A stretch of 64,000 nucleotides of DNA from Octopus vulgaris (lineage: Eukaryota). Positions 1-14,594 of this stretch are shown one piece after another (the first letter of the stretch is position 1; each line of letters begins with the position of its first letter). The translations under genes and the position numbers were made by a program. Where the stretch lies: contig OX597826.1 of NCBI GenBank assembly GCA_951406725.2, positions 31,062,001 to 31,126,000 on the forward strand, read 5' to 3'. The notes under the pieces were generated by a model. That model was given only the letters and a program-made list of their open reading frames with translations, made no database searches and was not told the DNA's origin.

Positions 1-825
1 ATAATCGTTTATAATGTAGTGATTTATGATGTAACCAGAAGTGGTAGAAAAAACACAAATACAGAGAGAGAGACATCTTTTCTGTGTTAGTTTTTTATTA
101 CTTATTTAGTATTATTTTTTATTGTCAACCATATCCGGTCGTCTGTCAAAGGCAGTTTGAAAAACGGTGAAATTTAAACTTCATTCTACATGAAAACGGA
201 CAGCTATTCGTTATTCATATGACATTTGTAACCTTAAACAACTGATTAACTAAATATTTTGAGCGGAAACGAAAGCCATTTTGAAATTTTAAACGCAAGC
301 TATATGGATTATTGCTTCTTTTTGTTTTAGCTTGGTTTTACTACCACAGCAATATGGTTTTATCATGGCGTTTGTTAAGTTTACTGCAACACACTGCTCA
401 CCCTATGGGAGATTGCCGTGTTGATGTATGCTATTTTTGCATCGCTTATATTTTATGAGAAAAATTAGGTCGGTAGACATGGCGTGTCCTTCAAAGCCAA
501 ACTAGAGCACGTTTCTGTGTTCAAGTCCCGCAGAGATATGCTTTGTGTATGATTCGTCTCTCTGTTGGTGATAAAGAAAGGCGATAAACAAAATACAGAA
601 ATAATACAATGAATATTTTTATATCTGGAAAATATAATTGATAGCGATTGACTCAAACATGTTGTTGGTAGTTATTTTATCGATCCAAGAGAGAGGAATT
701 TAAGCTTTAAATTAACTCCGTTGAGATTTGAACATAGATCTGTTTACCGAACATGCATAAACCCAAACCCATCCGCATGCACCGCTGTATATATTTAATG
801 TATAAGTATATATATGTAAATATAA

Positions 826-873
<48 letters not shown>

Positions 874-1502
874 ATAAAAATCACGTTAAGGATTTTTATC
901 AAGTAGTCAGCATGCTATAAAAATTTATAGGCAATTACTACATTAAATTAATAAAAATGTACGTACGTATATTATTATATCATGGGAGATCGGGCGAAAA
1001 CGACCTTTCTTCAGCATGCTTGAAGTGCCGATATATATGAGCAAATTTAAGGACAAGCAAGTTAGACAAGTCGGTATACATGTATATCGACTTGCCTAAC
1101 TCACATTTAATCCTCTACCTGTTGAAGTTCAAATCCCTTTCGCACTACGAAGTGTATTCTATACAGAGAATACCTATCTCTAATCTATAAACTATATATA
1201 TATATATATACACGTAAATGTCGAACAATGAAAGTGAGAGCTCAACACCGCATTGGTGGACATAATTTTTTTATTTGTGAAAAAAGGCTACCATTAGTTT
1301 CATGTTAAGAAAAGCAGGAAAATATCCTAATGTTTCAACAATTTTTCAAGTCAATCATATGGAGAAGTGTGTTTGCCTCCATTTCGGAAACCACATCATC
1401 GTTTAGTTCGCGGAGATTCTCCTGAATTCACGTAAATAAAACACTGGTTACCGTGAACGTGAATAAAAATCAAAAAGTTGAGGAATGGAGTAGATAAAAT
1501 CC

Positions 1503-1551
<49 letters not shown>

Positions 1552-1925
1552 GTATCTATGTATCTATGTATGTATGTATGTATATATTCATACATATTTA
1601 TGTGTATAGATATATATACGATGGACGAGTTATTGGTCGGGCCAACGCTATAGAAAACACTTGCCCGAGTTGCTGCGAAGTGAGACTGAACTCGAACCAC
1701 CTAGTTGCAAAGCGAGCTTGTTAATCAGTCTCGATTGGTCTTGTGTGTATGAGTGAATGTGTTGGTGTATGTGTGTGTGTATTTGCCTCATACATAGATG
1801 GATAGATAGATAGGTAGGTAGGTAGGTAGGTAGGTAGGTAGGTAGGTAGGTAGGTAGGTAGGTAGGTAGGTAGGTAGGTAGGAAGGTAGGAAGGTAGGTA
1901 GGAAGTTAGGTAGGTAGGCAGGCAG

Positions 1926-2159
1926 GTAGGTGAGCTGGCAGAAACGTTAGCGCGCCGGGCGAAATGCGTAGCCGTATTTCGTCTGCCGTTACGTTCTGAG
2001 TTCAAATTCCGCCGAGGTCGACTTTGCCTTTCATCCTTTCGGGGTCGATTAAATAAGTACCAGTTACGCACTGGGGTCGATGTAATCGACTTAATACGTT
2101 TGTCTGTCCTTGTTTGTCCTTTCTGTGTTTAGCCCCTAGTTTAGCCCCTAGTAAAGAAA

Positions 2160-2160
<1 letters not shown>
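1926..2160 (+). mobile_element. SINE family A (tRNA-derived head, Meta-domain-like centre)
   Basis: GAGCTGGCAGAAACGTTAGC (A-box-like), GAGTTCAAATTCC (B box), GCCTTTCATCCTTTCGGGGTCGATTAAATAAGTACCAG centre; recurs more than 20 times in the window. Confidence 0.85.
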
Positions 2161-3020
<860 letters not shown>

Positions 3021-3223
3021 GAATGACAGGCAAACAGAAAATGACACATCACTTTGGATATGCATTCTCACACTGAGTGAAATAACGGTAGGATCTAGCG
3101 AAGGATTTTTTTAAACAATCACCTGGAGAGGCCCATTTTATACCTTTGATAAACAATGCGAAACACTGTATTATTGATCATGAATAAAATATCGTTTTTT
3201 AAGGTACCTTGTACACACACACA

Positions 3224-3260
<37 letters not shown>

Positions 3261-3585
3261 GGGTGTTTTTGTGCTTTATACACATCTGAAATTTAAAAGA
3301 AACACTTAATCTTTTGGGACGAAATAAAAATAGAGTCGAAAGCTAAGAAATGAATTATCGACTTAGTGTCAGTATTGGCGAGTGTAGATGTATATTTGTG
3401 TATGTATGTGTACATATCTGTGTAGAAATGAATGGGATTAGATTTAGGGGTCGGTTTGAGCATGAGTTTCTCTCTATAAGGGTATTTCTTTTTATGAATA
3501 TATGATTGTATTAACATGGAATTTATCTTATTGTAAACCTCTTTTTGTTCATTGTTGTGTTCAGTCTCTCTTTCTCTCTCTCTCA

Positions 3586-3638
<53 letters not shown>

Positions 3639-4126
3639 TCTCCCTCTCTTTGACTCACTCATTCACTATCGCTAATCCAGTTCTGCTCAACTCCAGCAAA
3701 TTCTCGTTACACTACACATCGTCTGCAAACTAAACCCTTCAAAAGTGTCGTTCAGCTTTTCACTGGTGAAAGGGGATTGTATTTTCAGTTTGTTTCCTTC
3801 ATTTTTTAATTGTTTCTTTTTTTCTCTTTGTCTTGCTTCAATGAATTTCCCTATAATCATGAGGAAAATTTACTGTTTCTTTGAAAAACATTCTTTTAAA
3901 ATATCTTTCATTTCTTTTTCTTTCATATCGTTGTTGTTTTGTTGTACCAACAAAATCTGTTAATTTTTTTTTTCATATTATTTATTTATTTTGGTTTTAT
4001 TGACCAGCTTGAGAAGTAATTTTATTTGCTATTGTTTCAATTCATTGATGTGTATTTAAGTATATATATGTATATATGCACACATATATAAATTGGTTAG
4101 TGTTTACGTTTTTGTGTGTGTTTGTG

Positions 4127-4168
<42 letters not shown>

Positions 4169-4268
4169 TATATATATATATATACATATATATATACATA
4201 TATACATATATATACATATATACATATGTATATATGTACATGTATATATATATATATGCATATATATA

Positions 4269-4299
<31 letters not shown>

Positions 4300-4369
4300 G
4301 TGTGTGTGTGTATGTGCGTATGTGCTTATACATACATACGTACATACGTATATACATATACCATTCTTA

Positions 4370-4530
4370 TCCGGCCGCTAAACCCAGCTTTGTTCTTCCT
4401 TCCACCACCTTTCCTTCCTTTTCCCTGATGAAACACTAGCATCCGAAACGTTAAAGAACCTTTCTCCTTCAAGCTACTAACACTGCTGTTGAAACTTGCC
4501 CCTCTTGTGTTTTTCTTGTTTCTGATCATT
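4370..4530 (+). mobile_element. Short HHR-bearing (Penelope pLTR-like) element, decayed
   Basis: CTGATGA(4425)...CGAAACGTTAAAG with pyrimidine-rich flanks, resembling the 25.0/31.8/40.1-kb elements; stem II no longer pairs. Confidence 0.45.
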
Positions 4531-4557
4531 CATCACACACACACTCACACACATATA

Positions 4558-4715
4558 TTCTTTTATTCTTTTATTTGTCCATGCTGGAGCACCGCCTATA
4601 GTCGAACAAATCGACATCGAAATCATTTGCCGACCCGCTAGGTTACTAGAACGTAAATAAACTAACATCGGTTGTCAAGCGATGGTGATGTGGACAAACA
4701 GACACACAAACACAC
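4558..4715 (-). mobile_element. SINE family B, 3' part
   Basis: CCATGCTGGAGCACCGCC...ACATCGGTTGTCAAGCGATG matches the family-B tail. Confidence 0.8.
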
Positions 4716-4906
4716 ACACATATGTGTATGTATATATATATATATATATATACACGAGAAGTTGAGATTATAAGAGATAATGGTGTCATTGAGACCCAAA
4801 GGTGTCAGGTAATGCTGAATAAGTGCTATAGACAGACCATAGTTAAGTTCCAAATTCGGTAATATTGCGAATAATGGGTTCAACGTTGGTTCTATGACAG
4901 CGTGTG

Positions 4907-5148
4907 TATATATGAATTTTTTGCGTAATGAGATAAAAAAAACCAAGGCTGTGTAGATATTAGAGCATTTATAGATAGAAGGTCTTACAGCTGTTTCTAG
5001 AATATTAATTAATAATAATATCCCTTCATCAGGGTTATTATTATTAATTAATATCCTAGAAACAGCTGTAAGACCTTCTATCTATAAATGCTCTAATATC
5101 TACACAGCCTTGGTTTTTTTATCTCATTACGCAAAAAATTCATATATA
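4907..5148. repeat. Inverted repeat (~112-bp arms, ~16-bp spacer) of an HHR-bearing element
   Basis: 4907-5019 is the near-perfect reverse complement of 5036-5148; same family as 18030-18160. Confidence 0.92.
4981..5032 (-). ncRNA. Type-I hammerhead ribozyme motif (5' strand of stem I lost)
   Basis: Minus strand: CUGAUGA-A-GGGAUAUU...AAUAUUCU-A-GAAAC-AGCU-GUA^AGACC. Confidence 0.7.
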
Positions 5149-5784
5149 TATATATATACGTATTTATGCGTGTACGTATAATATGTATGTGTGTGTATGT
5201 ATATATTCAGAGAGAGAGAGAGGTTGAGGTTTACACACATCAACTAAATAAATAAAAGACTTCAATAACAGAAACCAACCAAATAATAAGTAGAAAACAC
5301 ACACAAACCTCCTTATACACACATACACATATACACACACACACACTCACAAACATGCATGCACGCACACACGCATGCACGTATGCCGTCATAAAGAAGT
5401 GATGTGATGGATGATAAGGAAGTGGTTTTACCGGTTAGTTTTGCCTGTTTTGTTTTGTTTTTCTAACACCTTTATAAGGCAACGGATTGAGTAGAAGTCA
5501 AACACTTGATCTCGTAATGTCGATGTGTTGTGAGTGAAGTCGCGATGTACAGTGCTGGGGAGGAGTGAGCTGAAGGTGTATGTATTTTTTCAGACTTGTC
5601 AACAAACCATTCAATGGTTTATTCGCAGTTTGTTCCTAATTCTCAGACTGGAATTTGGCGTACACTTAAAGAATTAGTGTGACATAAACCGCAATTTCCA
5701 CGTGACTTTTCTTTCAATTCTCCCGACCTAACTTCTATTTATTCACATCCACACTTCCTAAATGCAATTCCATTTTCATATATC

Positions 5785-5849
<65 letters not shown>

Positions 5850-6076
5850 ACTTCCGCTAACGGCCACAACTGGTTCTTTATAATTTTTTCTTCAATTTTG
5901 TTTCTTCTTTAACCGAATTCTTTCGTCGTTTACAATCTTCATTCTTACTTAACACGCAAACTAAACCTAACGATGCATATATGCATGCACAAATTAAACT
6001 CTGCCTCACTCACTCTCCCCCTCTCTCTCCCTCTTTCCCTCTTTATATATATGTTCCTTGTGCTAAATATTGATAA

Positions 6077-6472
<396 letters not shown>

Positions 6473-6488
6473 TTATGTGTGTTTGTAT

Positions 6489-6543
<55 letters not shown>

Positions 6544-6609
6544 GGTGGGTGGTGTGCGTGTGTAATTGCACTTGCGTGTGTTTTTTTATTTTGTTCAGCG
6601 TTCGCTTTA

Positions 6610-6687
<78 letters not shown>

Positions 6688-7340
6688 TGTATGTATGTAT
6701 GCATGTATATATTTAGATATATATCATGATATATGTATGCATGTGTGTACATACATGCATACATATAAGAGAGGGAGTGGGGAGAGAGAAACAAAAGTTC
6801 TTTTCGGCCTTAAATGATTAAAGAGCCATTACAAACAGACTCGCATAAAGAATTATGATTCCTAATACAGGGAATAGATCAAGAAGATTTTAGGAGAGAA
6901 AGGCGGGGTTTGTGGTGTCAGTGTCTTACTCAACGCATGAACTGGGTGTAAAGTGATGTGAACTGGCTTCAACCGGAAATCAAAGTCAGTCCTCTGAGGT
7001 GTGAGTACGGTGAACGCCATGGAATTATGATGATGATGATGACGACGACGACAATGATGATGATGATGAGGAGGAGGAGGAGGAGGAGGAGGGAGGGGAG
7101 AAAGACGCGGAGGAGGATATCCCCTGACATATGAAATATGAGGGTCTTTCGCCCTTCTATAATTATTTCTGTTTCAGTTATGTTATTAAATATCTATTTG
7201 TCATTTTCAAATAAATGCTTGCCCGCATATACAGTATATACATATACAGTATATATACACGTACATATATATACATACATACGTATATATACATACATAT
7301 ATATATATATAAATGAATATACAGACATATACATACAAAT

Positions 7341-7373
<33 letters not shown>

Positions 7374-7522
7374 CGCGGGTACACATACATATATACATAC
7401 TTCATATGTATGTATATAATCACATAAGCATATCTACATATTCATGCGTATAATATTTTTACATATAAACACGCAAAAAGAAAACCTTATGTTTATGCAC
7501 GTATAATGTGTGTGTGTGTGTG

Positions 7523-7857
7523 TAGGTGCAGGCGTAAGCTGTGTGGTAAGAACCTTGCTTCCCAGCCACATGGTTCCAGGTTCAGTCTTGTACTATAGCC
7601 CTTGGCCGACCAACGTCTTGTGAGTAGAAAGACGCCCGTCGTATATATGTATGTGTGTGTGTGTGCGTACGTATGTGTATGTGTGTGCGCGTTCGTGTTT
7701 GTCCCCCACCACTATCGCTTGGCAATCGATGTTGGTGTGTTTATGTTCCCGAAACTTGGCGGTTCACCAAAAGAGACCGATAGAATAAGTACTAGGCTTA
7801 TGAAGAATAAGTCCATGGCTGCAATCAAATGACCGAAACAAATAAAAGAATAAAAGA
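7523..7857 (+). mobile_element. SINE family B (internal microsatellite)
   Basis: GCTGTGTGGTAAG...CCACATGGTTCCAGGTTCAGTC head, internal (TG)n, AAAAGAGACCGATAGAATAAGTACTAGGCTT tail. Confidence 0.85.
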
Positions 7858-7861
7858 ATTA

Positions 7862-7901
<40 letters not shown>

Positions 7902-8084
7902 ACGTTTCGAAGGCAAGGGCAAGACGCAACTTGTTGAAACAATCCTTCCCTCAAAGCAAATTTAATAAAATTTGGGATTTTTTTTGGAGGGTGAAAGTGG
8001 TTACAAGAACAGGACAGTCAGAACAAAACAGTAAAAACATACGGTGAGGGCTGTGAAGCCGAGACACAAGTGCAGTAAGTTCAG

Positions 8085-8260
8085 GAGAGGGATCTAGTCA
8101 ATTACATCGACCTCAGTGCAAAACTGATACATATTTTATCGACCCTCGAATGCATGTTAGGCAAAGTTGACAGCGGCGGAATTTGAACTCAAAACGTAAA
8201 GACGGACGAAATGCCGCCAAGCATTTTGTCCGGCGTGCTAGCGATTCTACCAGCTCACCA
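8085..8260 (-). mobile_element. SINE family A
   Basis: Reverse complement of the family-A sequence; head-to-head with the 8292 copy. Confidence 0.8.
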
Positions 8261-8291
8261 CTGTACACCAGTTTAATATTAGTGTTGATGC

Positions 8292-8478
8292 TAAGGCGGT
8301 GAGCTGGCAGAATAAATAGCATGTCGGTCCTTACGTTCTGAGTTCAAATTCCGCCGAAGTCGACTTTGCCTTTCATCCTTTCGGGTTCAATGAATTAAGT
8401 ACCAGTTACGCACTGGAGTCGATATAATCGAGTTATCCCCTCCCCCAAAATTCAGGCCATGTACCTATAATAGAAAGG

Positions 8479-8540
<62 letters not shown>

Positions 8541-8759
8541 AAGGCGGCGACCTGACAGAATCGTTAGCGCACTGGACGAAATGCTTAGCGGTATTTCGCC
8601 CGTCGCCACGTTCCAAATTCAAATCCCACCGGGGTCGACTTTGCCTTTCACCCTTTCGAGGTCGATAAAATAAGTACCAGTCGAACATTAGGGTCGATGA
8701 AATCGACACATCCCTTCTCCCGCCAAAAAAGTTGCTGCCCTTGTGGCAAAATTTGAAAC

Positions 8760-8823
<64 letters not shown>

Positions 8824-9122
8824 ATCATCATCATTAGGAAGACGCCAAGCTGGCAGAATCGTTTGCACGCCGGACCAAATGCTAAATGGCATTTCGTTCG
8901 TCTTCATGTTTTGTTCTGAATTCAAATTTCGTCGCGGTTCACTTTACCTTCCCTCCTTTCGGAGTACCAGTCAAGTACTGGTCAAGTAATGTGATCGACT
9001 AGCACCCAACCCCCAAAATTTCAAGCCTTGTGCCTATAATACAAAAGGAATATTAGTATTGATGGTATCGGCTCACCCCTCCCCTTAAAATCGATGGCCT
9101 TATTTCTTAAACCAGATACCAT
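8292..9122 (+). mobile_element. Tandem array of three to four SINE family A copies with (ATT)n tails
   Basis: Copies start at ~8292, ~8541 and ~8836, each ending in a CCCCCAAAA-like motif plus (ATT)n. Confidence 0.85.
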
Positions 9123-9471
9123 TATCTTTCAGCAGAAATCCATTTGTTGTTTATAATGAGCTTCATATTCTTGTTCTTGTGGTTCTTTTATTAGTTCTGG
9201 TTTGATTCTTTGTTTCTTTTGCTATTTACCATTATGCTTTCCATTCCAATATTGCTTTTCGATTCACAGTTCTTCATTGTTTTCGAGGTCACAGTGGCAT
9301 TGTTCAAGACGGCTGGGGGTGGAAAGAAACCAGGTTAATATTTCAATATTTTCGGCGAAAAACAAATAGTTTGTTGAAGTTTTTGTTTTATTTGTTTCAC
9401 TCTTCTCACATAAAACAATAGAATTCATCACCATCATCATCATCATCATCCCTATTTATTATTATTATTAT

Positions 9472-9502
<31 letters not shown>

Positions 9503-9503
9503 C

Positions 9504-9545
<42 letters not shown>

Positions 9546-9898
9546 TAAGAGAAACAAATTTTTTAATTGTTCTGGTTGTCGTCGTTGGTTTTGTTGTTGT
9601 TGTTTTTATTATTGCTAAATTCTTGCAGTTATTCTTTCTTGTGTTGATGTCGTTAATTATGATGATGAGGAGGAGGAGGGAAAGGATGAGGAGGAGAAGG
9701 CGAGAGAAGAGGACGATAACGAGGATGAAGACGATAACAATGATGACGATAATGATAACGACGACGAAGACTGTGGTGGTGGTGATGGTGGTGGTGGTGA
9801 GGAGGAGGAGGAGGAGGAGGAGGAGATATTAATGATCTTTGTCATTAGTGTTGCTGGTAGTAGTGAACTTGCTTTCCCAATATAGACATTCGGAATTT

Positions 9899-9966
9899 GT
9901 AATATATTATAATATATTATAATATATTATAATATATTATAATATATTATAATATATTATAATATA
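9899..9966. repeat. (AATATATTAT)x6 self-complementary minisatellite
   Basis: Direct reading; perfect 10-bp period. Confidence 0.95.
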
Positions 9967-10245
9967 TGCGAATTCATAATACAACATAGACGGAGGACAA
10001 TACAGATGGACATTGCTAATTAAAAGGCAGAAGAATTCGATGAATTAGGAAGGGAAAGAAAAAACAAAGCAAACAATAAAATAGATTGCGTGATTGATGG
10101 AAGGAAGAACAATTGTTTCGAAATAGACAATGACAAACAGTGGTGAAAGGGGTGGCGAGAGGATGAGAAGAGGGTGAGAAGCACATGAAAAATAACGTAA
10201 CAAGTCTCACACGCACTCACTCTTTCTCTCTCTCATCTTCTATGA

Positions 10246-10301
<56 letters not shown>

Positions 10302-10330
10302 ATATATATATGTATATGTATATGTATATA

Positions 10331-10387
<57 letters not shown>

Positions 10388-10398
10388 ATATATATAAT

Positions 10399-10431
<33 letters not shown>

Positions 10432-10612
10432 TATATATATACATATATACATATATATATATGCATATACATATATACATATATATATATATATGTATAT
10501 ATGTATATATATATATATGTATATATGTATATATGTATATATATGTATATATATGTATATATGTATATATATATATATATGTATATGTATACATATATAT
10601 ATATATCATATC

Positions 10613-10661
<49 letters not shown>

Positions 10662-11167
10662 TATATTTTTTTTTTTTTTTTTTTTATATATACACGTATG
10701 TATATGTGTATGTGTTCATACGTGTATATTTCTGTGTGTATTTTATTCTTTCACTAGATTTAGTCATCGGTCTGCGACCATGCTGGGGCAACTCCTTCAA
10801 AGGTTTTAAATCATCAAATCGACTCTTCCACCCCCACCCACAGCTCCACCAATACGTATTTTTACAGCCTGATGCATATTGATTCCTATTTATCGTATTG
10901 TTACGTTGCACTTTTGAAAAAAAAAGACACGTCAATTGTTTTATTTGTTCACATATCCACATATTGTCGTGTTTATTTTCGCCATTGTCTTGTACCATCG
11001 TTAGCTCCTCACTGCTGGCGCCTCCAAAAAGTGAATGATATCAGCGTTAAAGGTGCGAAATTGTTATGATCTTTTCGACGATGACTAATAAGGAATTAAC
11101 TACGTCTTGTATGTGAGTTGTCCGTTTGCTGTTTCTCTGTTAAATTTTTGGAATAAATATATACATA

Positions 11168-11332
11168 TGTTGGTGTGTTTACGCCCTCGTAACTTAGCGG
11201 TTCAGCAAAAGAGACCGATAGAATAAGTACTAGGCTTACAAAGAATAAGTCCTGGGGTCGATTTGTTCGACTAAAGGCGGTACTCCAGCATGGCTGCAGT
11301 CAGATGACTGAAACAGGTAAAAGAATAAAAGG
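11168..11332 (+). mobile_element. SINE family B, 3' half
   Basis: GTAACTTAGCGGTTC...GAATAAGTCCTGGGGTCGATTTG...CCAGCATGGCTGCAGTC. Confidence 0.85.
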
Positions 11333-11409
11333 ATATATATACATATACATATACATATAAATATATATATATACATATATATATACATACATTTATATAT
11401 ATATATAAG

Positions 11410-11454
<45 letters not shown>

Positions 11455-11496
11455 ATATATATATACACACACACAATTATATGTATATATACATTA

Positions 11497-11725
11497 GGGC
11501 GACGAGCTGGCAGAACCGTTAGCACGCCGGGCGAAATGCGTAGCCGTATTTCGTCTGCCGTTACGTTCTGAGTTCAAATTCCGCCATGGTCGACTTTGCC
11601 TTTCATCCTTTCGGGGTCGATAAATTAAGTACCAGTTACGCACTGGGGCCGATGTAATCGACTTATCCCTTTGTCTGTTCTTGTTTGTCCCCTCTATGTT
11701 TAGCCCCTTGTGGGTAATAAAGAAA
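11497..11725 (+). mobile_element. SINE family A, full length
   Basis: Near-identical to the 1926 copy. Confidence 0.88.
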
Positions 11726-12114
11726 CATATATGTATATATACATACATACATAGATTTGATTCGGAAAGTTAGAGACAAAGAGAAAAACAGAGAGAAAGT
11801 GTGAGAGAGAGAGAAAGAGAGAGAGGTGGAGACTGACAAGGATTAGCATCATGCCGTAAGATAACATTACATCATAAACCTTGCTAATGCTGTCCTCGTC
11901 GCCGTTTTTCTCCTCCATTCCATCGCTAAATTGCAATATTGATTCCTGAGAAGATCAAAGGAGGTAATCAGAGACGGGAGCTTCCTGCAGAGATTTTGGC
12001 TGTCGGCATCACACACTCAAAGATGTCACAACGTATTTCATGTGTTTTTATGTCGTTCGCCTCGTTTTTACATCGGCTACTTTTATTGTCGGTTTGGATG
12101 TATTGATAGCATTC

Positions 12115-12615
12115 TGTCTGTCTGTCTGTCTGCTGGCTGGCTGGCTGGATGGATGGATGGATGGATGGATGGATGGATGTGCGAATGGTTGGGCGAATGG
12201 TTGGGCGAATAGCTGGATGGCTGGATGATTGGATGTATGGGAGAATGGATGGATGGATGGATGCATGGATGGATGGATGGGCGAATGGATGGGTAGACGG
12301 TTGGGTGGATGGATGAATGGGTGGGTAGATGGATGGGTGGGTAGATGGATGGGTGGATGGATGGATGAATGTATGGATGGATGGATGGATGGGTGAATGG
12401 TTGGGCGAATGATTGGGCGAATGGATGGATGGATGGGCGAATGGATGGGTAGACGGATGGGTGGATGGATGAATAGGTGGGTAGATGGATGGGTGGGTAG
12501 ATGGATGGATGGATGGATGGATGGGCTAAGGGATGGGCGAATGGTTGGGTGAATGGCTGGATGGCTGGATGGCTGGATGGTTGGATGTATGGGCGAATGG
12601 ATGGATGGATGGTAT
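12115..12615. repeat. (GGAT)n-derived complex satellite with GGGCGAAT variants
   Basis: Direct reading. Confidence 0.9.
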
Positions 12616-12934
12616 ACCGATACCACGGTTGCCTGGAATCCTTAAGATGGAAGATTCCATGAAAATGGAATATATCTACTGTAGGCGGCCTCATCCTTCA
12701 ATATAAAGTGTGATAATCTGTGGTTCCCTTCAGCATCTTAATAACATTCATTGCAGATCTGTTAACATCCGATGTGGGTCGGGTTCACTTCTGTTTTGCC
12801 TTCAGGGCCGAAACTCTCAGGGAAACGCATCCAAAATTCCTCACGGAACACGGAAATGCCTGTAAAACATCAGCAACGGAAGCTCTGGTTCCGTACTTTG
12901 TTGTAAGTCAGCAAAACGGATGTCATAGTTATAT

Positions 12935-12975
12935 GGTAGGGGTAGTGGTGGTACTGCTGGTAGTTTGGGTGGTGA

Positions 12976-13034
<59 letters not shown>

Positions 13035-13180
13035 ATGGTGGTGGTGGTGGTAGTGGTGGTAGTGGTGGTGGTAGTAGTCGTAGTAGTAGTAATGATGGTG
13101 GTAGTAGTAGTAGTTGTAGTAATGGTGGTGGTGGTGGTTCTGGTGGTAGTAGTCGTAGTAGTAGTAGTAGCAGCAGCAGC

Positions 13181-13211
<31 letters not shown>

Positions 13212-13235
13212 ATGGTGGTGGTGGTAGTGATGGTA

Positions 13236-13268
<33 letters not shown>

Positions 13269-13386
13269 GTAATGATGGTGGTAGTAGTAGTAGTAATAGT
13301 AGTAATGGTGGTGGTGGTGGTGGTTCTGGTGGTAGTAGTCGTAGTAGTAGTGATGTTGTTGGTGGTGGTAGTAGTGATGTTGTTGT

Positions 13387-13422
<36 letters not shown>

Positions 13423-13440
13423 CAGCAGCAGCAGCAGCAG

Positions 13441-13510
<70 letters not shown>

Positions 13511-13545
13511 TGTTGTTGTAGTAGTAGTGATGGTTGGGGTGGCTG
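12935..13545. repeat. (TAG/TGG/CAG)n trinucleotide expansion with higher-order duplications
   Basis: Direct reading; explains the poly-V/T/S ORFs. Confidence 0.92.
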
Positions 13546-13928
13546 GTGTTGGCGATTGTACGTATATTTTAGAATACAATATAATTAACATATCCCAGTA
13601 TGTTGATTATATCTTCTCACGAATATACAATGGCTGTAACTATCTTTGAAAACAATTGCAGGCCTTTGAAATAAAGAATGTTGTTCAATTCATTTTCTTC
13701 TATTCATTTCTTTATACAAACTCTATGGATACTGTGAAATTCTTGATGTATATTTAGTAACAAGAGTATTCCCACTGTGTGATGACATCTGGTAGCCAAT
13801 AACTGCTGACAGGCTTTACATAGCGTGCTACAAAGGTTTTCACCCGAATTTTTATCTAACATAGAATATATATATATACACACATGCATATGTATATATA
13901 TATTTAATGTATGTATTTACATACATGC

Positions 13929-14006
<78 letters not shown>

Positions 14007-14009
14007 AAT

Positions 14010-14590
14010 TTAAAACTCATAATGACATGAATGAAGATACATACTTCCAGGTACATATTAGTGAGTTGGTAATAAAATGGTGGCGGCCGGCCGAATTGAT
14101 CCTTAGAACTTTCTGATCGATAGACCAGGAAACCATATTGGCCTTCTAGAGGACATTTGTTCACAGCCGTTTAGACTACTTCTCCCATTTATGGTCACCA
14201 CACAGTGTAAAATTAACGGCGGAACTCGAAGCAATCCAGCGAAGCTACTCAAAGAAGACCATCTCAATGCAACATGTCAGCTATTGGAAGAAACTGAAAA
14301 ATATAAGACCCTATTCCTGTGAACGTGGGCGGGAGAGATATGCAGTGGTACACATCTGAAAAACCTTAGAACTTGTACTAAACTTTGGCGTTGAAAGTTA
14401 CACAAACAGCAGCACAGAGCACCACTGCATAGTGCCAAAGACCCCAACGATCGCCATCAGGACATAGCAGCAGACATGCAACACCTTTAGTTTCAAGAGC
14501 CCACAGCTCTTCAATATCCCCCAAAAAAGCGTGAGAGACTTACATGGGGTAGATGTAGGTGTTTTCAAGGCAAAATTAGATTTACTCATT
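14010..14590 (+). mobile_element. CR1-group LINE ORF2 C-terminal relic
   Basis: Manual translation SRLDYFSHLWSPH...ELEAIQRS...YWKKLK...ERGRERY...PQLFNIP...FKAKLD. Confidence 0.8.
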
Positions 14591-14594
14591 ACTT

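Noticed and set aside
1284-1352. Very degenerate hammerhead-like traces (also ~13775 and ~53505)
   Set aside because: Several core nucleotides are mutated, so they cannot be told from chance without a family consensus
11835-11946. Candidate minus-strand exon ([22 protein letters not shown])
   Set aside because: Weak donor site and no recognisable homology
12806-12902. Candidate 97-nt plus-strand exon (ttttgccttcag ... GTAAGT)
   Set aside because: Splice signals are plausible but the peptide is unrecognisable and no partner exons were found; needs RNA-seq
12720-13649. 309-aa poly-Val ORF and overlapping poly-Thr/poly-Ser (mucin-like) ORFs
   Set aside because: All arise from one (TAG/TGG)n expansion that is open in several frames
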